A stretch of DNA of 64,000 bases from Candidatus Omnitrophota bacterium (GCA_022709525.1 JAKLIQ010000002.1:128984-192983), one strand, 5' to 3'; positions 46,721 to 58,273 are shown, counted from the stretch's first letter. Notes: generated from the letters alone by a model not told the origin. Numbers and translations: made by a program.

Positions 46721-49711
46721 TCATCCGTTAACGGCAAACCGCTCTTTTTCGTTGGTAAGAAAATCGTGCCGGGTCGCCAAGTCCGCAAGACGCTGCGCGA
46801 TGCGGTCTTTTTCCGTCATAAGGTCCTGCTGCATGGCCTTGGAAGTAATGGTCGGAAGCACTTTATCCGCTTCGGCGAGCCGTTTTTCAAGGATCGCCCT
46901 CTCCTTTTGCTCGATAGCGAGCTCTTCGTCGATCAAACCGGCAAGTTCCTCGCCGATCTTTTTGTACTCCTTATAGTGCTTGGCGCCTTCGGCGTCCGTC
47001 GGGATCTCTTTCAAAGCGGCATCCCCCAACAGAATCCCCTGTTCTTGGGCGTAAATACTATAGGCGATCTCAAGCTGCTCTCTTAAACTCATGGCGTCTT
47101 CCCGAAGCTCTTTTTCATCCGGAGCCGACTCTGCTTTGTCCGTTTTCCCGGATTCGGATCCCGCCGGTTCTGTTTCTGCCGGCGAAGGCGTCGGCGTCTT
47201 TTCTTTAATAACGGTTTCAGTTGCTTCCAGCTTGGCCTTAAGGCGATCGAGTTCTTTCGTCTGATTGTCCAAACGGTTCAAAAGCGCATCCTGCCGGTTT
47301 TTCTTTGGAACGACCCGCTTCGCGCTTTGGATCGCTTCCTCAATGAAAACATAAGGCACTTTGACAAGCGAGGAGCGGAATTTCATCCCGCCGGCCAAGG
47401 ACGCCTTGGCATTCAGGATCTCGAGTTCTTTTTCAAGTTTCCGGATCTCCTGATCCTGCGCCTGGATCATCAGACTCTCGAGTTCGATCTCTTCCTGAAG
47501 TTTTTTGGCCTCGGCGTTCGCTTCCGGCTTGGCCGCTTCACGCGTCAAGGTCTCATCTTTGTTGGGAAGGCCAAAAATGAACGCTTTGACCAAATAGGCG
47601 GGGCCCGTAACGGGTTTTGCTAATGTCTTCAGGACTTTTTTGTCGCCTTCTTTGGGGTTCAGGGCCTCCTCTAATTCCTTGAGAAGCTCATTTTTACGCT
47701 TGTTGCGGTCCTGAATATCCTGATACCGCTTGCGTAATTCCTTTTCAACACTTTTGATCTCTTTGCGAAGCTTGCGGGCATCGACTTCTTTTTCTTCTTC
47801 GAGAGACTTCATCATAGCGGCCTGCTCTTGCTTTGCCAGTTCCTTGTCAAAAGCGGTGGAAAGCGTATCCACGATATCCTGTTGGGTCCTGACCTGCTCG
47901 CTTAAGTGCATCTTAAGCTCCAGAAGTTCCTGGATATCCATCTTCTGAAGATCGCCGGTTTCGGCCGCAAGCGGGTTGTAGGCGGTTTTTCCGGTAGCCC
48001 GGCTTTCGATCATCGCCTCAAGCTCCTGCTCTGCCAATTTTCCGAAATGTTTTTCGTAAAGCGCCATTTTCTCGTCCAGCTTGGCTTCAAGCGCTTCGAT
48101 CTGCTGCTCGCGAGCAAGAAGTTTTGGATCCGAAGGCTTCGCGGGATCGCCCTTCGTGATGCCACGCAAACGTTTTCTCTTAAGGCCGCTTTCGGAACGT
48201 TCCGGGGTAAGAAGCGCCTGAAGCTCACTATAGCGCTTATAAAGTTTTTCTTTTTTCTCAAGGAGTTCTTTTTTCTCCTTGGAGAGCTTGTAAAGCTCTT
48301 TTTCATCCATCTTGCGTATTTTTTCGACGGGAGTTTCCGGCTGTCCCATGAACGGGATCAGATGCTCGTAGAAGCGCTCATCCGAAACGCCAAGCTCGGA
48401 ACGCCAGGATTCAAGGCGGTCTCTTTCCTCGGCAAGCGCGTCGCGTTCGGCTTCAAGCGAGGCCTGCCAACGGTCGATCGCCTTCTGGAAATCGGGCGAG
48501 GTGTTGCCTTTAAAACGTTTTTTCTTCCGTTCGAGCTCTTTGAATTTTTCTTTAAGTTCATGCTCGCGACGTTTGAGGTCTTTTTTGCGGCGCTCCAAAC
48601 TCTCGGCCTTGTTCTTATCGAGCGAGTTGATGCGTTTTTTTACCTGATCGATCTCTTTTTTAAGCTGCTCTTTTTCCGCCTTTTGGTCGTGCCCGAGCGA
48701 ATGGTACCGTGCTTCAAGGATCCCGAGCTCTTTTTGAAGTTCCTCCTCTTTCGCGTTGAGGTATTGGACCGGCTCCTCCAGCGAATGGAGTTTTTCGGAA
48801 GCCTTCTGCCCCCAACCGGTGTTCGGGTATCTCTTGGCCGTATCCCGGTAATAGATCAGGGCGCTTTCAAGATAATTTTCTTTTTCATAATAAAGCCCGA
48901 CGCGGTAATTTTTTTCGGCGTTCAATTCATCGACTTCCTGGCTGATCTTTGCCGCTTTTTCCGCTTCCTCCGAACCGGGATAACGCTTCAGATAGCTTTC
49001 GGCCTGCCGGGCCGCTTCATCCAAAGCGCTTTGGTCGCGCGTCTGGCTAGAAGATTTCGCATAGGCCGCCTCCGCCATCTGCAAACGCGCTTGTTGGATC
49101 AAACCGCTCTGCGGGTATTGATCGATCAGGGCTTGAAAAGCTTCGACGGCATTGTCATATTGGCCCGACCGCTGATAGGCAACTCCGAGATTGAACTGGG
49201 CCTTGTCCCCGAATTCCCCGTAGGGCGCCGCTTCGACTATTTTCTGAAAAACTTCGATCGCTAAGGGCAGTGAAGGCCGTATTTCAAGCCCCATCAGTTT
49301 TCCCTTTTTGCCCGAAAGAAACATAATGCCGATCTGATATTCGCGCTCGATCACTTCCTCAAAGCGTTCGCTTTGCGGGTAGGATTTGATCAGGGCTTGA
49401 TAGGCCCGGTGAGCTTCGACAAAATCGCCCGTTTCTTCATAAATGGTGCCGAGACGGTATTGCGACTCAGGAGCTACGCGGGACTGAGGGTATTTTTTCA
49501 GGAGGGCTTTAAACTGTTCGGCGGCTTTATCCAGTTTCTTTTCTTTGTAGAGATCAAGGGCGTTCTCAAAGATGTCGTCGGCTTCGCTTTGGGTGTCGGA
49601 CTCCGTATTGATGAATTTCCCCTGTTCGGGGGACCAGACCCAATCCGCGGAAACAAAAGACTGCGGCAGGAGCAATACGGCGATGAAGGTTAAAACCTTC
49701 GAAATTCTCAT
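46721..49711 (-). CDS. Secreted TPR-repeat protein with ~600-aa Lys/Glu-rich coiled-coil region (hypothetical)
   Basis: A signal peptide is followed by N-terminal TPR repeats of YbgF/BamD type, repeated as KKYPQS...SYPQS...QYPQS. Long heptad-like KE-rich segments follow. Confidence 0.55.
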   Translation of the reverse strand: MRISKVLTFIAVLLLPQSFVSADWVWSPEQGKFINTESDTQSEADDIFENALDLYKEKKLDKAAEQFKALLKKYPQSRVAPESQYRLGTIYEETGDFVEAHRAYQALIKSYPQSERFEEVIEREYQIGIMFLSGKKGKLMGLEIRPSLPLAIEVFQKIVEAAPYGEFGDKAQFNLGVAYQRSGQYDNAVEAFQALIDQYPQSGLIQQARLQMAEAAYAKSSSQTRDQSALDEAARQAESYLKRYPGSEEAEKAAKISQEVDELNAEKNYRVGLYYEKENYLESALIYYRDTAKRYPNTGWGQKASEKLHSLEEPVQYLNAKEEELQKELGILEARYHSLGHDQKAEKEQLKKEIDQVKKRINSLDKNKAESLERRKKDLKRREHELKEKFKELERKKKRFKGNTSPDFQKAIDRWQASLEAERDALAEERDRLESWRSELGVSDERFYEHLIPFMGQPETPVEKIRKMDEKELYKLSKEKKELLEKKEKLYKRYSELQALLTPERSESGLKRKRLRGITKGDPAKPSDPKLLAREQQIEALEAKLDEKMALYEKHFGKLAEQELEAMIESRATGKTAYNPLAAETGDLQKMDIQELLELKMHLSEQVRTQQDIVDTLSTAFDKELAKQEQAAMMKSLEEEKEVDARKLRKEIKSVEKELRKRYQDIQDRNKRKNELLKELEEALNPKEGDKKVLKTLAKPVTGPAYLVKAFIFGLPNKDETLTREAAKPEANAEAKKLQEEIELESLMIQAQDQEIRKLEKELEILNAKASLAGGMKFRSSLVKVPYVFIEEAIQSAKRVVPKKNRQDALLNRLDNQTKELDRLKAKLEATETVIKEKTPTPSPAETEPAGSESGKTDKAESAPDEKELREDAMSLREQLEIAYSIYAQEQGILLGDAALKEIPTDAEGAKHYKEYKKIGEELAGLIDEELAIEQKERAILEKRLAEADKVLPTITSKAMQQDLMTEKDRIAQRLADLATRHDFLTNEKERFAVNG

Positions 49712-49753
49712 AAGTGGTTTATAATCTTCGGGTTAGGAAAATTTTGAGGCGTT

Positions 49754-49783
49754 ACTATAGCATGAGCTCTGAAAAGCTGTCAA
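49754..49783 (-). promoter_or_regulatory. Candidate promoter for the TPR/coiled-coil gene: TTGACA, 18-nt spacer, TATAGT
   Basis: The minus strand reads TTGACAgcttttcagagctcatgcTATAGT. Confidence 0.35.
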
Positions 49784-49839
49784 TAAAATACCCGCGATCT
49801 TCCGAAGACTGGGAGCTTTTGGAACTCCGGAGGTCGGAC

Positions 49840-52152
49840 CTACGGATATAAATAAGTTCCGAGGGCGCCTTTTAGAAAAGATATGACCTCAAGCCGGGAG
49901 CCGGCGCTCCGGAAACTCAGGGCTCCCGTATTTCCCAAGTCAAAAAAAGGAATGCCACGGGATATCAAACGATCCGCCAGAAGCGGCTGCCAGAGAGGCG
50001 AAACGACAAGAAGGGGTCTTGCGAGACCGAGCCACTCGAAGAACTCATCCGGGATCGCTTCGGATGACTTCGGGGAAGGCAGGAAAACCGCGTGGATCTC
50101 TCCCCCGTCTTTATGTTGGGATAATTCTTCCCAAAGTGCTCTCTCCCAGCGTGACGCGACCAGGATCCGCCAAGGGCCTGCAATGACCGTGAAGGCGATG
50201 CCTTTGGGAGACTGCGCTGCCACGCGTATCTTTTCCCCTCCCATCCGCACTTCATCGTCTTTTCCGATCACGTCAGATTTTTTATGGATCCGGCGCAGCA
50301 TGGCGAGAAAATGATCCGGAACATACCCGCATCCTTTCGGGTGAAGAAGGATTGGAAAAGAAAAGCTTCGAGCGATCGAAACAAGGCCTCCCGTATTCGT
50401 TTTGGAAAGATCGCTCAGGACGATCCCTTCCAGACTGCGAGCCCCGAAGCTTCTCAGGTAGGGAACGGCGAGCCACTCGCCTTGATCGGAAGGAAAGCTC
50501 CGGCCGGCATTCAAAAACCATTCGGCGCCATTCGAAAATCGCATATGCGCCAGCTGGTTCCGGCCGGCTGCGAGAGCCGTAAATTCAAATCCGCGTTCCC
50601 TGAAGTTCATAAAAAAAGAAACAGAAACGCAAAGCCATGCGCACCCGAGGAGACCGATCCAAACATGCTTTCCGCGCAACGGTTTTTTCCATAAAAAAAG
50701 AATACCGGCTAAAATCGCGTAATAGCTCCAGAGCTTCGTTTGCGGCGGCCGTTCCAGAAACCAGTATCCCCACTGCCATTGAGCAAGAGAAGCAATCCAC
50801 ATCAGCGACATTTGGATCATCCACGAGGAAACGGTCGCAAGAAAAAGCCCCGCGAAGGGAATGCCGGAAAAAAGGATCGCCAACAGCGCCGTAAACAGCG
50901 CCGCATCACACAAGGGAATGGCCACAATGTTCGCAAGAATGCTGACGGGAGAGAAAATATTGAAATAATAAAGCGCGAGCGGGAATGTTCCCGCAAGGAC
51001 CGCCAGACTCGAACCCAGGGAAAGCGTCCATGCGTTCATGCGTGAAAAAATGGGGAGGATGAGGATCAGGGAAAGAACGCAAAGGAAAGAAAGCTGGAAT
51101 CCGACACCCCAAAGAGCGCTCGGGTTCCAAAGCAATATGATAAAAAAGGCGAAACAAAGCGAATTGAGAAGATGCGCCGGCCTCCCGGCTAGTACCGCAA
51201 GAAGCGCCAACGCGGCGCCGCATCCCGCGCGTTGGATCGGCACGCCCGCGCCGGAAAAACCGATATAAAAAAGCACTACCAAAATAGCCAGCATGGACGC
51301 CTGACGGTATCCCAATCCGGAAAAAAGAAAGAGGATGTAGAGCGTCCCGGCGATCATGGTGATATTCATGCCGCTGATCGCCAAAAGATGGATCGTCCCC
51401 GTTCTCATAAATTGATCCCGGACCTCCGAAGCCACATCGCCGCGAAGCCCCAGGACAAGCGCTTTAACGATCGCGGCTTCCTGCGGCTTGTTATAAAGCC
51501 GGTCGATCAGGGCCGCGGAATGACGACGGGTTTCAGCAATAATCCTCGCCGGAACCCACCAATTCCCCGCCTTGATCAATCGAACGCTTCGTTTGCCGAT
51601 CGCGCGAAAAACCGCCCGGACATCTTTTTGCGCCAAAAAATCCGCGTAATCAAATTCGCCGGGATTCAAGGCGCGCTTCGGCACGCTCAGTTCTCCAAAA
51701 ATACGGATCTGATCGCCGACCTTCGGAATCAAGGATGGCTGCAGCAAGAATACTTGGACATACCCGGAAACTTCGTGGAGCTTCCGGGTACCATTCTTTT
51801 TCAGGAGAATTGATCGCGCCTTGAGAATAAATCCGACGTTTACCCGTTTCCCCCGGGTCCGGACCTCCGGCAAGGAATGGACGATCCCTTCGAGACTCGC
51901 GCGGGACGGATCGGTGAATTGCTCGACCGCGCGCTCAGGGATCCGTGCGTCAAGCTTCGCACACAAACTTCCGGCGCAGACAAGGCAGCTGATAAAAAGC
52001 GGCATAAAAAACTTCGAGCTGCGCAAACACCAAAGAAGGGCCGATCCGAAGACTAAAACGCTCAACGACGCAGCGGCCGGAACCGGCCCATACCGCTCGG
52101 CGATGATCCCTAGCGCAAATCCGGACCCGATCCAAAAGAAAGGAAGTTTCAT
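49840..52152 (-). CDS. comEC: ComEC/Rec2 family DNA-uptake channel protein
   Basis: A DUF4131-like N-terminus and competence domain are present (HLLAISGMNITMIAG). Confidence 0.8.
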   Translation of the reverse strand: MKLPFFWIGSGFALGIIAERYGPVPAAASLSVLVFGSALLWCLRSSKFFMPLFISCLVCAGSLCAKLDARIPERAVEQFTDPSRASLEGIVHSLPEVRTRGKRVNVGFILKARSILLKKNGTRKLHEVSGYVQVFLLQPSLIPKVGDQIRIFGELSVPKRALNPGEFDYADFLAQKDVRAVFRAIGKRSVRLIKAGNWWVPARIIAETRRHSAALIDRLYNKPQEAAIVKALVLGLRGDVASEVRDQFMRTGTIHLLAISGMNITMIAGTLYILFLFSGLGYRQASMLAILVVLFYIGFSGAGVPIQRAGCGAALALLAVLAGRPAHLLNSLCFAFFIILLWNPSALWGVGFQLSFLCVLSLILILPIFSRMNAWTLSLGSSLAVLAGTFPLALYYFNIFSPVSILANIVAIPLCDAALFTALLAILFSGIPFAGLFLATVSSWMIQMSLMWIASLAQWQWGYWFLERPPQTKLWSYYAILAGILFLWKKPLRGKHVWIGLLGCAWLCVSVSFFMNFRERGFEFTALAAGRNQLAHMRFSNGAEWFLNAGRSFPSDQGEWLAVPYLRSFGARSLEGIVLSDLSKTNTGGLVSIARSFSFPILLHPKGCGYVPDHFLAMLRRIHKKSDVIGKDDEVRMGGEKIRVAAQSPKGIAFTVIAGPWRILVASRWERALWEELSQHKDGGEIHAVFLPSPKSSEAIPDEFFEWLGLARPLLVVSPLWQPLLADRLISRGIPFFDLGNTGALSFRSAGSRLEVISFLKGALGTYLYP

Positions 52153-52159
52153 ATTTGTG

Positions 52160-52190
52160 ATTATATATTAAAATATTAATTTTAATTCAA
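52160..52190 (-). promoter_or_regulatory. AT-rich promoter region for comEC: TTGAAT ... TATAAT ending 7 nt before the ATG (leaderless-type)
   Basis: The minus strand reads TTGAATtaaaattaatattttaaTATATAATcacaaatATG. Local GC content drops sharply across 52153..52260. Confidence 0.4.
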
Positions 52191-52337
52191 ATTTTTAGAT
52201 AAAGATAATTCGGGCGAAAGAACTCACGCTAGAAAAGTTTTTGATACTGAAAGGCGAGAAAAATTGCGAGGGCTAAAAGAAGGATTGTAAGGATCGTGTG
52301 CTGGTGCCGCCGGAGCCGGGACATTTCAAACGCCTCA

Positions 52338-52823
52338 TCAAAGCTTCAGATGGATCTCTTTGCCTTCGATATCCAGCCGTACCTCGCCGGTCCCGATCTC
52401 TTTAACAACGGCCTTCCCGGAAAGTACATCCCCTACGCCCACGATGTTTTCGTTGATCACCGCCATGGCTTTGCCGCCCAGATTCGTGATCCCGGTAAGA
52501 CGGTAGATATTCCCGGAAAAGATCCTGACAGGCACTTGAGGCATGATCGTGGTCGTGACAAAAGACGCTTGGGTCTTCGGATGGTCCTGGCGGGTTAAAA
52601 AATAGTAAAGTCCGGCAACGACTCCCAAAAACAGGATAGCGACGACAGCCCCGCGGAAAAACCGTTTTTGCTTGGAATATTTTTTCTGGACTTGGATCAG
52701 TTCATGTTCAAGGTTTGTTCCGGTCGGATCGCGTTCCCACGGCTTCGGCGCGGCAACGGGAGTGCTCGTCCTCGTTTCCTGAGCGCGGCTTGTTTTTTCA
52801 AGAGCTTGCTGGATCAGGCTCAT
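52338..52823 (-). CDS. GspB/ExeB-like single-pass membrane protein (partner of ExeA)
   Basis: The ATG overlaps the exeA stop as ATGA. A single TM helix is followed by a periplasmic domain. Confidence 0.4.
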   Translation of the reverse strand: MSLIQQALEKTSRAQETRTSTPVAAPKPWERDPTGTNLEHELIQVQKKYSKQKRFFRGAVVAILFLGVVAGLYYFLTRQDHPKTQASFVTTTIMPQVPVRIFSGNIYRLTGITNLGGKAMAVINENIVGVGDVLSGKAVVKEIGTGEVRLDIEGKEIHLKL

Positions 52824-53629
52824 ACGGCCACCCCCTGCAGATCGGCCTCGGCGCATTCCACCAGCATCGGGTCGACCGTTAAAGTGTTCTTGGTAAATGC
52901 GGCGAGCAACGCCCGGTCCGCCAGAACATTGATGATCCGGGGGATTCCCGCCGAAAGTTCGTAAATGCGCCGGATGGCCTCGGGCGTAAAAAAATTCTCG
53001 CGAGCGCCGGCCACGGTCAAACGATGACCGATATAATGGCCGGCTTCTTCAAGACTTAGCTCGGGCAGATGGCACCGCACGGTGATCCGTTGACGCAGCT
53101 GTTTGAGGTCCCGGCGTTTCAAAAGATCGTCCAGTTCGGGCTGCCCCATCAAGATGATCTGGAGAAGTTTTTGCGTCGTGGTTTCGAGATTCGAAAGGAG
53201 CCGGATCTGTTCAAGAGCGCGGGGCGGCAAAAGCTGGGCCTCATCAATAAGCACGACGGCATTAAATCCTTTGGCGCTTTCTTCGAGAAGAAAACGGTTC
53301 AAACAATCAAAATACTCCTTGCGCTTCTTGGCCCTCGGTTTTAACCCGAAATCCTCGACGATCCCCTGGAGGAGTTCAAGCTCCGAAAGCTTGGGATTAA
53401 AAACAAGCGAACTATGGACGTTCTCGCCAAGTTGCTGAAGGAACATACGCGAAAGGGTGGTCTTCCCCGCCCCGATCTCTCCGGTCACCTGGATAAAACC
53501 GGACCGCCGGTCCACCCCGTAGCGCATCGCTGAAAGAGCGGCCTGATGGTGTTTGCTTAAATAGACAAAACGGGGGTCCGGCGTAACATTGAACGGAGAT
53601 TCGCTTAATCCGAAAAACCCTTCGTACAT
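52820..53629 (-). CDS. exeA: ExeA/GspA/MshM-family AAA+ ATPase
   Basis: The Walker A motif reads GEIGAGKTTL. Walker B reads VVLIDEAQ. Confidence 0.75.
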   Translation of the reverse strand: MYEGFFGLSESPFNVTPDPRFVYLSKHHQAALSAMRYGVDRRSGFIQVTGEIGAGKTTLSRMFLQQLGENVHSSLVFNPKLSELELLQGIVEDFGLKPRAKKRKEYFDCLNRFLLEESAKGFNAVVLIDEAQLLPPRALEQIRLLSNLETTTQKLLQIILMGQPELDDLLKRRDLKQLRQRITVRCHLPELSLEEAGHYIGHRLTVAGARENFFTPEAIRRIYELSAGIPRIINVLADRALLAAFTKNTLTVDPMLVECAEADLQGVAV

Positions 53630-53710
53630 GGCGACCTCGAGAAGAATCGTTGATCTTTCTGCTTAAAAGAACGGCACAATCTTAAAGGGACTTAAGGAAG
53701 ACGGGAAAAA

Positions 53711-55756
53711 TCAACTCCGGGAAAAAGAAAATTCAAAAATACGCCCGTCTTTGCGGGCAATGTGAACATTGAACGGGTAGCGGCCGTCTTTGGAATGAAC
53801 TGTCTTTTGCCCTGTCATGAGGTCACGAGCCGTCATCTTGCCGCCGATCCCCAGGAGCGCAGGGATAAAGATCGTCGCGCTTTTGTCCTCGTTGCCATTG
53901 TTAACCACGACCATGTAATAGCGGTTCCCCCGGCTAAAGAGCGCTGTGGTCACGTCCCGGGTCAGCGAATAACTGAAAAGGGGCGTCTTCAGGTAACTCA
54001 GAATGCCCAGCACCAGTTCCGGGACCGGCTCCACGCCAAGATGGACGATCTTCCCTTTGCCGACCTTTTTAATATAACCGATCGTCTGTTTCCCGTAAGT
54101 GCCGAGATCGGCGCGGATCTTTTCGCATCCGGAAGCTTTAAAAACATAGACCGAACTGTTAAGGGCGACGGGGGTTCCGCCTTTACCAAGCGTGATCGAA
54201 AACTGCCTTTTGAACTCGAAAAGGGTCCGCTCCGGATCCTCGAACCCGATAATCTGATATGGCTTGAAATCGTCATCCTTGCGCGGGAATGACCGGAACG
54301 CCACAAGCGTCCCTCCTGCTTCCACATACCGGCGAAGGTTCTGGTGCGCGGACCTTTCGAGCCATTGGTTGCCGGAGTAGAAAAGGACTTTCTTTTTAGG
54401 AAGCCCGGAGCGCGGATCGCACATTTCGTAATCCACATCGCCTTGATAAAGCGCCACCAGGATGGGGCTATTGTGATTCAGGGTCCGGGCGGCATACTGA
54501 AGCGGGTTGAAGGTGACGCCGACTTCGGTAAGTTTTTTGAGCGAAGTGGGCTTCAGCTGTTTGAAAGCTGAAACGATCTGCTTAAAAACATCGTAAAGTT
54601 CCCCGCGCACGCGTCCCCATTCATTGATGGGCGACATGTACCAATTGTCGCGGTTCACCAGCATATACCAATTCCAACCCTTGACCCCGGCCAGGAACGC
54701 CGAAAGACAGATCATGCGGTAATGGTTCGGCGTCAGCACGCTGGTTTCATAATGACGGCCATGCCAGATCCCCGACTGGAATTCCGCGATAAATGGAAGT
54801 TTGGAAACGCTCGAAAGATAACGGATCTTGTCGCAAAGCTTGCGGTGCTCGAACTCGTCTTCTTTCAGCTCATTGGACGGGTAAAGGTCCAGGCCGATCA
54901 TGTCGGCGGCTTCCTGGAACAGGGCCCAATCATGGGCATAAAAGAACGGGTAAGTATTCAGATAGACCGGAATATCGACGCCCAGGTCGCGGTACATCCG
55001 GATATTCTCGGTCGCGCATTGCTGCGTATACCAGTACTTGAACTTAAAATAATCGAGATGCCGCTTAAGCTCTTTATCGCCCTTAAGCGGAAGCCCTTTT
55101 TCGCCGGGCAGCATGGTGGCGATAAAAGGCGACGCTTCCCGGAACGAACGGTATTCTGTTCCCCACGCCTCGTTGAGGGACGAAAGATCATCCTGATAAA
55201 GATCTTTGATAAAATCCTGGAAAAGCCCGGGCTTTTGCGAAAGCCCGTATTGGTGGCCAAAAACATCCGGCCAAGGATCGATCTCGTTATCCGCTTGCAG
55301 TAGAAGGATGTGGCCATTCTTGCGCGAAGCGAGATAGGGCAAGAATACTTTGCTGACCTGTTTGAGATAATCTTTGGCGTAAGAAATGAATTTCGGGTGC
55401 AACCGGTGGTATTTGTAGGCGTAATCGGGAACGCCGTCATGAGGCCATTCACTGTAAATGTAAGGGCCGGGCCGGAGGATCAGCCAAAAACCTTCTTTGC
55501 GGGTAAGATCAAGAAACGCCTTGAGGTTGCGCGCCTCGTCCGTCCTGCCGGTAAAATCAAAGCGGCCGCGTTTATATTCATGAAAATCCCACGGAACATA
55601 GGTGGAAATGATTTCGATCCCCATCTCGCGGACGCGGCGAAGCGCTTCGCGCCAGTAGTGCGGGTTCAGGCGCCAGTAATGGACCTCGCCGGAAATAAGG
55701 GGGATCTCTTTTTTTCCGATAAAAAGTTTTTGATTTTTGATTTCGACTTTAGGCAT
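53711..55756 (-). CDS. Glycoside hydrolase family 35-like beta-galactosidase
   Basis: Motifs ISGEVHYWR and [12 protein letters not shown] are present on a TIM-barrel N-terminus. The start overlaps the leuS stop. Confidence 0.6.
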   Translation of the reverse strand: MPKVEIKNQKLFIGKKEIPLISGEVHYWRLNPHYWREALRRVREMGIEIISTYVPWDFHEYKRGRFDFTGRTDEARNLKAFLDLTRKEGFWLILRPGPYIYSEWPHDGVPDYAYKYHRLHPKFISYAKDYLKQVSKVFLPYLASRKNGHILLLQADNEIDPWPDVFGHQYGLSQKPGLFQDFIKDLYQDDLSSLNEAWGTEYRSFREASPFIATMLPGEKGLPLKGDKELKRHLDYFKFKYWYTQQCATENIRMYRDLGVDIPVYLNTYPFFYAHDWALFQEAADMIGLDLYPSNELKEDEFEHRKLCDKIRYLSSVSKLPFIAEFQSGIWHGRHYETSVLTPNHYRMICLSAFLAGVKGWNWYMLVNRDNWYMSPINEWGRVRGELYDVFKQIVSAFKQLKPTSLKKLTEVGVTFNPLQYAARTLNHNSPILVALYQGDVDYEMCDPRSGLPKKKVLFYSGNQWLERSAHQNLRRYVEAGGTLVAFRSFPRKDDDFKPYQIIGFEDPERTLFEFKRQFSITLGKGGTPVALNSSVYVFKASGCEKIRADLGTYGKQTIGYIKKVGKGKIVHLGVEPVPELVLGILSYLKTPLFSYSLTRDVTTALFSRGNRYYMVVVNNGNEDKSATIFIPALLGIGGKMTARDLMTGQKTVHSKDGRYPFNVHIARKDGRIFEFSFSRS

Positions 55757-58208
55757 CCGCCACCACGAGATTGACCGTTCGCCCCGGAACCACAATGATT
55801 TTTTTAAGGACTTTTCCGGCCAGCATTTCTTTCACACGGGGCTGCTCTAGCGCCAGCTGCTTGATCTCTTCTTCGTCCTGACTACGAGAAACGACCATTT
55901 TAGCCCGGACTTTACCGCCCACAAGGATCGCCAGTTCGGCCTGATCCTCCACAAGATACAGCTCATCATACTCGGGCCATTTTTCATAAGCAAGCGTCTT
56001 CGCATGTCCCAAACGCTGCCATAACTCCTCGGCCAGATGCGGGGCAAAAGGCGCCAAAAGAAGCACGAATTTTTCAAGCGCTTCCCTCGCGTGATCCTGC
56101 TCCTGCGCGGCTTCGTTGACAAAGATCATAAGAGCCGAGATCGCTGTGTTGAATCTCAGGCCCTCCAGGTCTTCGGTCACTTTTTTGATCGTCTTATGAA
56201 GCGTCTTCAACTCCGCCGTGTTGGCCGGACGCTGAACGATATTAGCGTGAAGCTTTTCATCTTTATCGATAAAAAGCCGCCATGCTTTCCCGAGAAACCG
56301 GTAAACGCCTTCGACGCCCGAGTTCGCCCAAGGTTTGGTCATTTCAAGCGGGCCCATGAACATTTCGTAGAGACGGAGACTGTCGGCGCCGTATTGCGCG
56401 ATCATCTCGTCGGGATTGACGACATTGCCGCGCGATTTGGACATTTTCTGATTGTCCTCGCCCAAGATCATGCCCTGGTTCGTGAGTTTTTGGAAAGGCT
56501 CTTTGGTGGAAACGAAACCGAGATCATAAAGCACTTTGTGCCAGAACCTGGCATAGAGAAGATGCAGCACGGCATGTTCGGCGCCGCCCACATAAAGATC
56601 GACATTCATCCAATATTTCTCTTTTTGAGGATCGACCAGGGCTTTTGCGTTCTTCGGGTCTAAATAACGAAGATAATACCAACAGGAACCCGCCCATTGC
56701 GGCATGGTGTTCGTTTCCCGCACGGCCTTGCCGCCGCATTTCGGACATTTGCAGGCAAGCCACTCCTCAGCTTTAGCAAGCGGCGGTTCAGCATTACCCG
56801 CCGGCGTGTAATCTTTCATTTCGGGAAGTTGGAGCGGCAACTCTTTTTCCGGTATGAGCACCGGCCCGCATTTTGAACAATGGACGACCGGGATCGGTTC
56901 TCCCCAATAACGTTGGCGGCTGAAAAGCCAGTCCCGAAGCTTATATTGCACTGCCTCTTTTCCGATCTTTCTTTCCTCAAGCCATTGCGTGATCTTTTTC
57001 TTCGCTTCCGGCGTTGGAAGCCCGGTAATGAGCCCGGAGTTCACGCTGACACCATCCCCGACGAAACCGATCGAATCCTTCCCGTCCGGCGCTTGAACGA
57101 CCACCTCGACGGGCAAACGATACGCCCGGGCAAATTCAAGATCGCGCGTATCGTGCCCAGGCACGGCCATGATCGCGCCGGTCCCGTACCCCATAAGGAC
57201 ATAATCTGCGATCCATACAGGGATCTTTTTATCGTTCACCGGATTGATGGCGTAGGCACCCGTAAAAACGCCTGTCTTTTTTTTGGCGAGATCGGTGCGG
57301 TCAAGGTCGGACTTGTGCGTCGCGGTAGCTACATATTCGTCTACGGCTTTTTTTTGAGCAGGCGCGGTGATCCTGGCCACAAGCGGATGCTCCGGCGCAA
57401 GAACCATATAAGTAGCGCCAAAAAGCGTATCCGGCCGTGTGGTAAAAACGGAGATCTCAGCTTTCAAATTTGAGATTTGAAATTTTACTTCCGCGCCGGT
57501 GGATTTCCCGATCCAGTTGCGCTGCATCTCTTTAATGGGTTCGGACCAATCCAGAAGCTCCAGATCTTTCAGAAGGCGTTCGGCATACGCTGTGATCTTC
57601 AGGATCCATTGCCGAAGCGGGCGTCGGTAAACATTTTTATGGCCCTTGCGCTCGCAAGTGCCGTCCGCATCCACCTCTTCATTGGCAAGCACAGCTTTGC
57701 AACCATCGCACCACCAAACGGGGATCTCGGCCTCATAGGCCAGGCCTTTTTCAAAAAGCTTCATAAAGATCCACTGGGTCCACCGGTAATAATGGGGATC
57801 GGTGGTATCAATTTCGCGATCCCAATCATAGCTGAAACCAACCTGTTGGATCTGACGTTTGAAGGTCTGGATGTTGTTTTGTGTGGTGTCGCGTGGGTGT
57901 GTGCCGGTTTCTATGGCGTATTGTTCGGCGGGAAGTCCGAAAGCGTCCCAGCCCATGGGGTGGAGAACGTTAAAACCGCGCATTCTTTTGTACCGGCTGA
58001 CGATGTCGGTCGCGGTATAGCCTTCCAGATGGCCGACATGGAGCCCTGATCCGGAGGGATAAGGGAACATGTCGAGAACATAATATTTTGGCTTTTCGCA
58101 ACCCGGCTCGCCGGGGTCGGGAGAGCGAAAGGTCTTACGGTCAGACCAATAGGTCTGCCATTTTTTCTCGATGACATCGAAAGGATAAGCTTTAAAGCCG
58201 CTGGCCAT
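55749..58208 (-). CDS. leuS: Leucine--tRNA ligase
   Basis: The HIGH motif reads HVGH. The KMSKS motif is present as KMSKS. Confidence 0.95.
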   Translation of the reverse strand: MASGFKAYPFDVIEKKWQTYWSDRKTFRSPDPGEPGCEKPKYYVLDMFPYPSGSGLHVGHLEGYTATDIVSRYKRMRGFNVLHPMGWDAFGLPAEQYAIETGTHPRDTTQNNIQTFKRQIQQVGFSYDWDREIDTTDPHYYRWTQWIFMKLFEKGLAYEAEIPVWWCDGCKAVLANEEVDADGTCERKGHKNVYRRPLRQWILKITAYAERLLKDLELLDWSEPIKEMQRNWIGKSTGAEVKFQISNLKAEISVFTTRPDTLFGATYMVLAPEHPLVARITAPAQKKAVDEYVATATHKSDLDRTDLAKKKTGVFTGAYAINPVNDKKIPVWIADYVLMGYGTGAIMAVPGHDTRDLEFARAYRLPVEVVVQAPDGKDSIGFVGDGVSVNSGLITGLPTPEAKKKITQWLEERKIGKEAVQYKLRDWLFSRQRYWGEPIPVVHCSKCGPVLIPEKELPLQLPEMKDYTPAGNAEPPLAKAEEWLACKCPKCGGKAVRETNTMPQWAGSCWYYLRYLDPKNAKALVDPQKEKYWMNVDLYVGGAEHAVLHLLYARFWHKVLYDLGFVSTKEPFQKLTNQGMILGEDNQKMSKSRGNVVNPDEMIAQYGADSLRLYEMFMGPLEMTKPWANSGVEGVYRFLGKAWRLFIDKDEKLHANIVQRPANTAELKTLHKTIKKVTEDLEGLRFNTAISALMIFVNEAAQEQDHAREALEKFVLLLAPFAPHLAEELWQRLGHAKTLAYEKWPEYDELYLVEDQAELAILVGGKVRAKMVVSRSQDEEEIKQLALEQPRVKEMLAGKVLKKIIVVPGRTVNLVVADA

Positions 58209-58245
58209 AGGAGGGGTTATTGTAGCAAAAGAGCGAGGATAATTC

Positions 58246-58273
58246 TTGAAAAAAAAGCTAATTCCACTAAGAT
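58246..58273 (+). promoter_or_regulatory. Candidate tRNA-operon promoter: TTGAAA, 16-nt spacer, TAAGAT
   Basis: Read directly as ttgaaaaaaaagctaattccactaagat. This lies about 50 nt upstream of tRNA-Ala. Confidence 0.4.

Noticed and set aside
47906-49264. A 452-aa plus-strand ORF inside the TPR/coiled-coil gene
   Set aside because: It is antisense to the KE-rich coiled-coil region. It is Phe/Leu-rich as expected for the complement of Lys/Glu codons.
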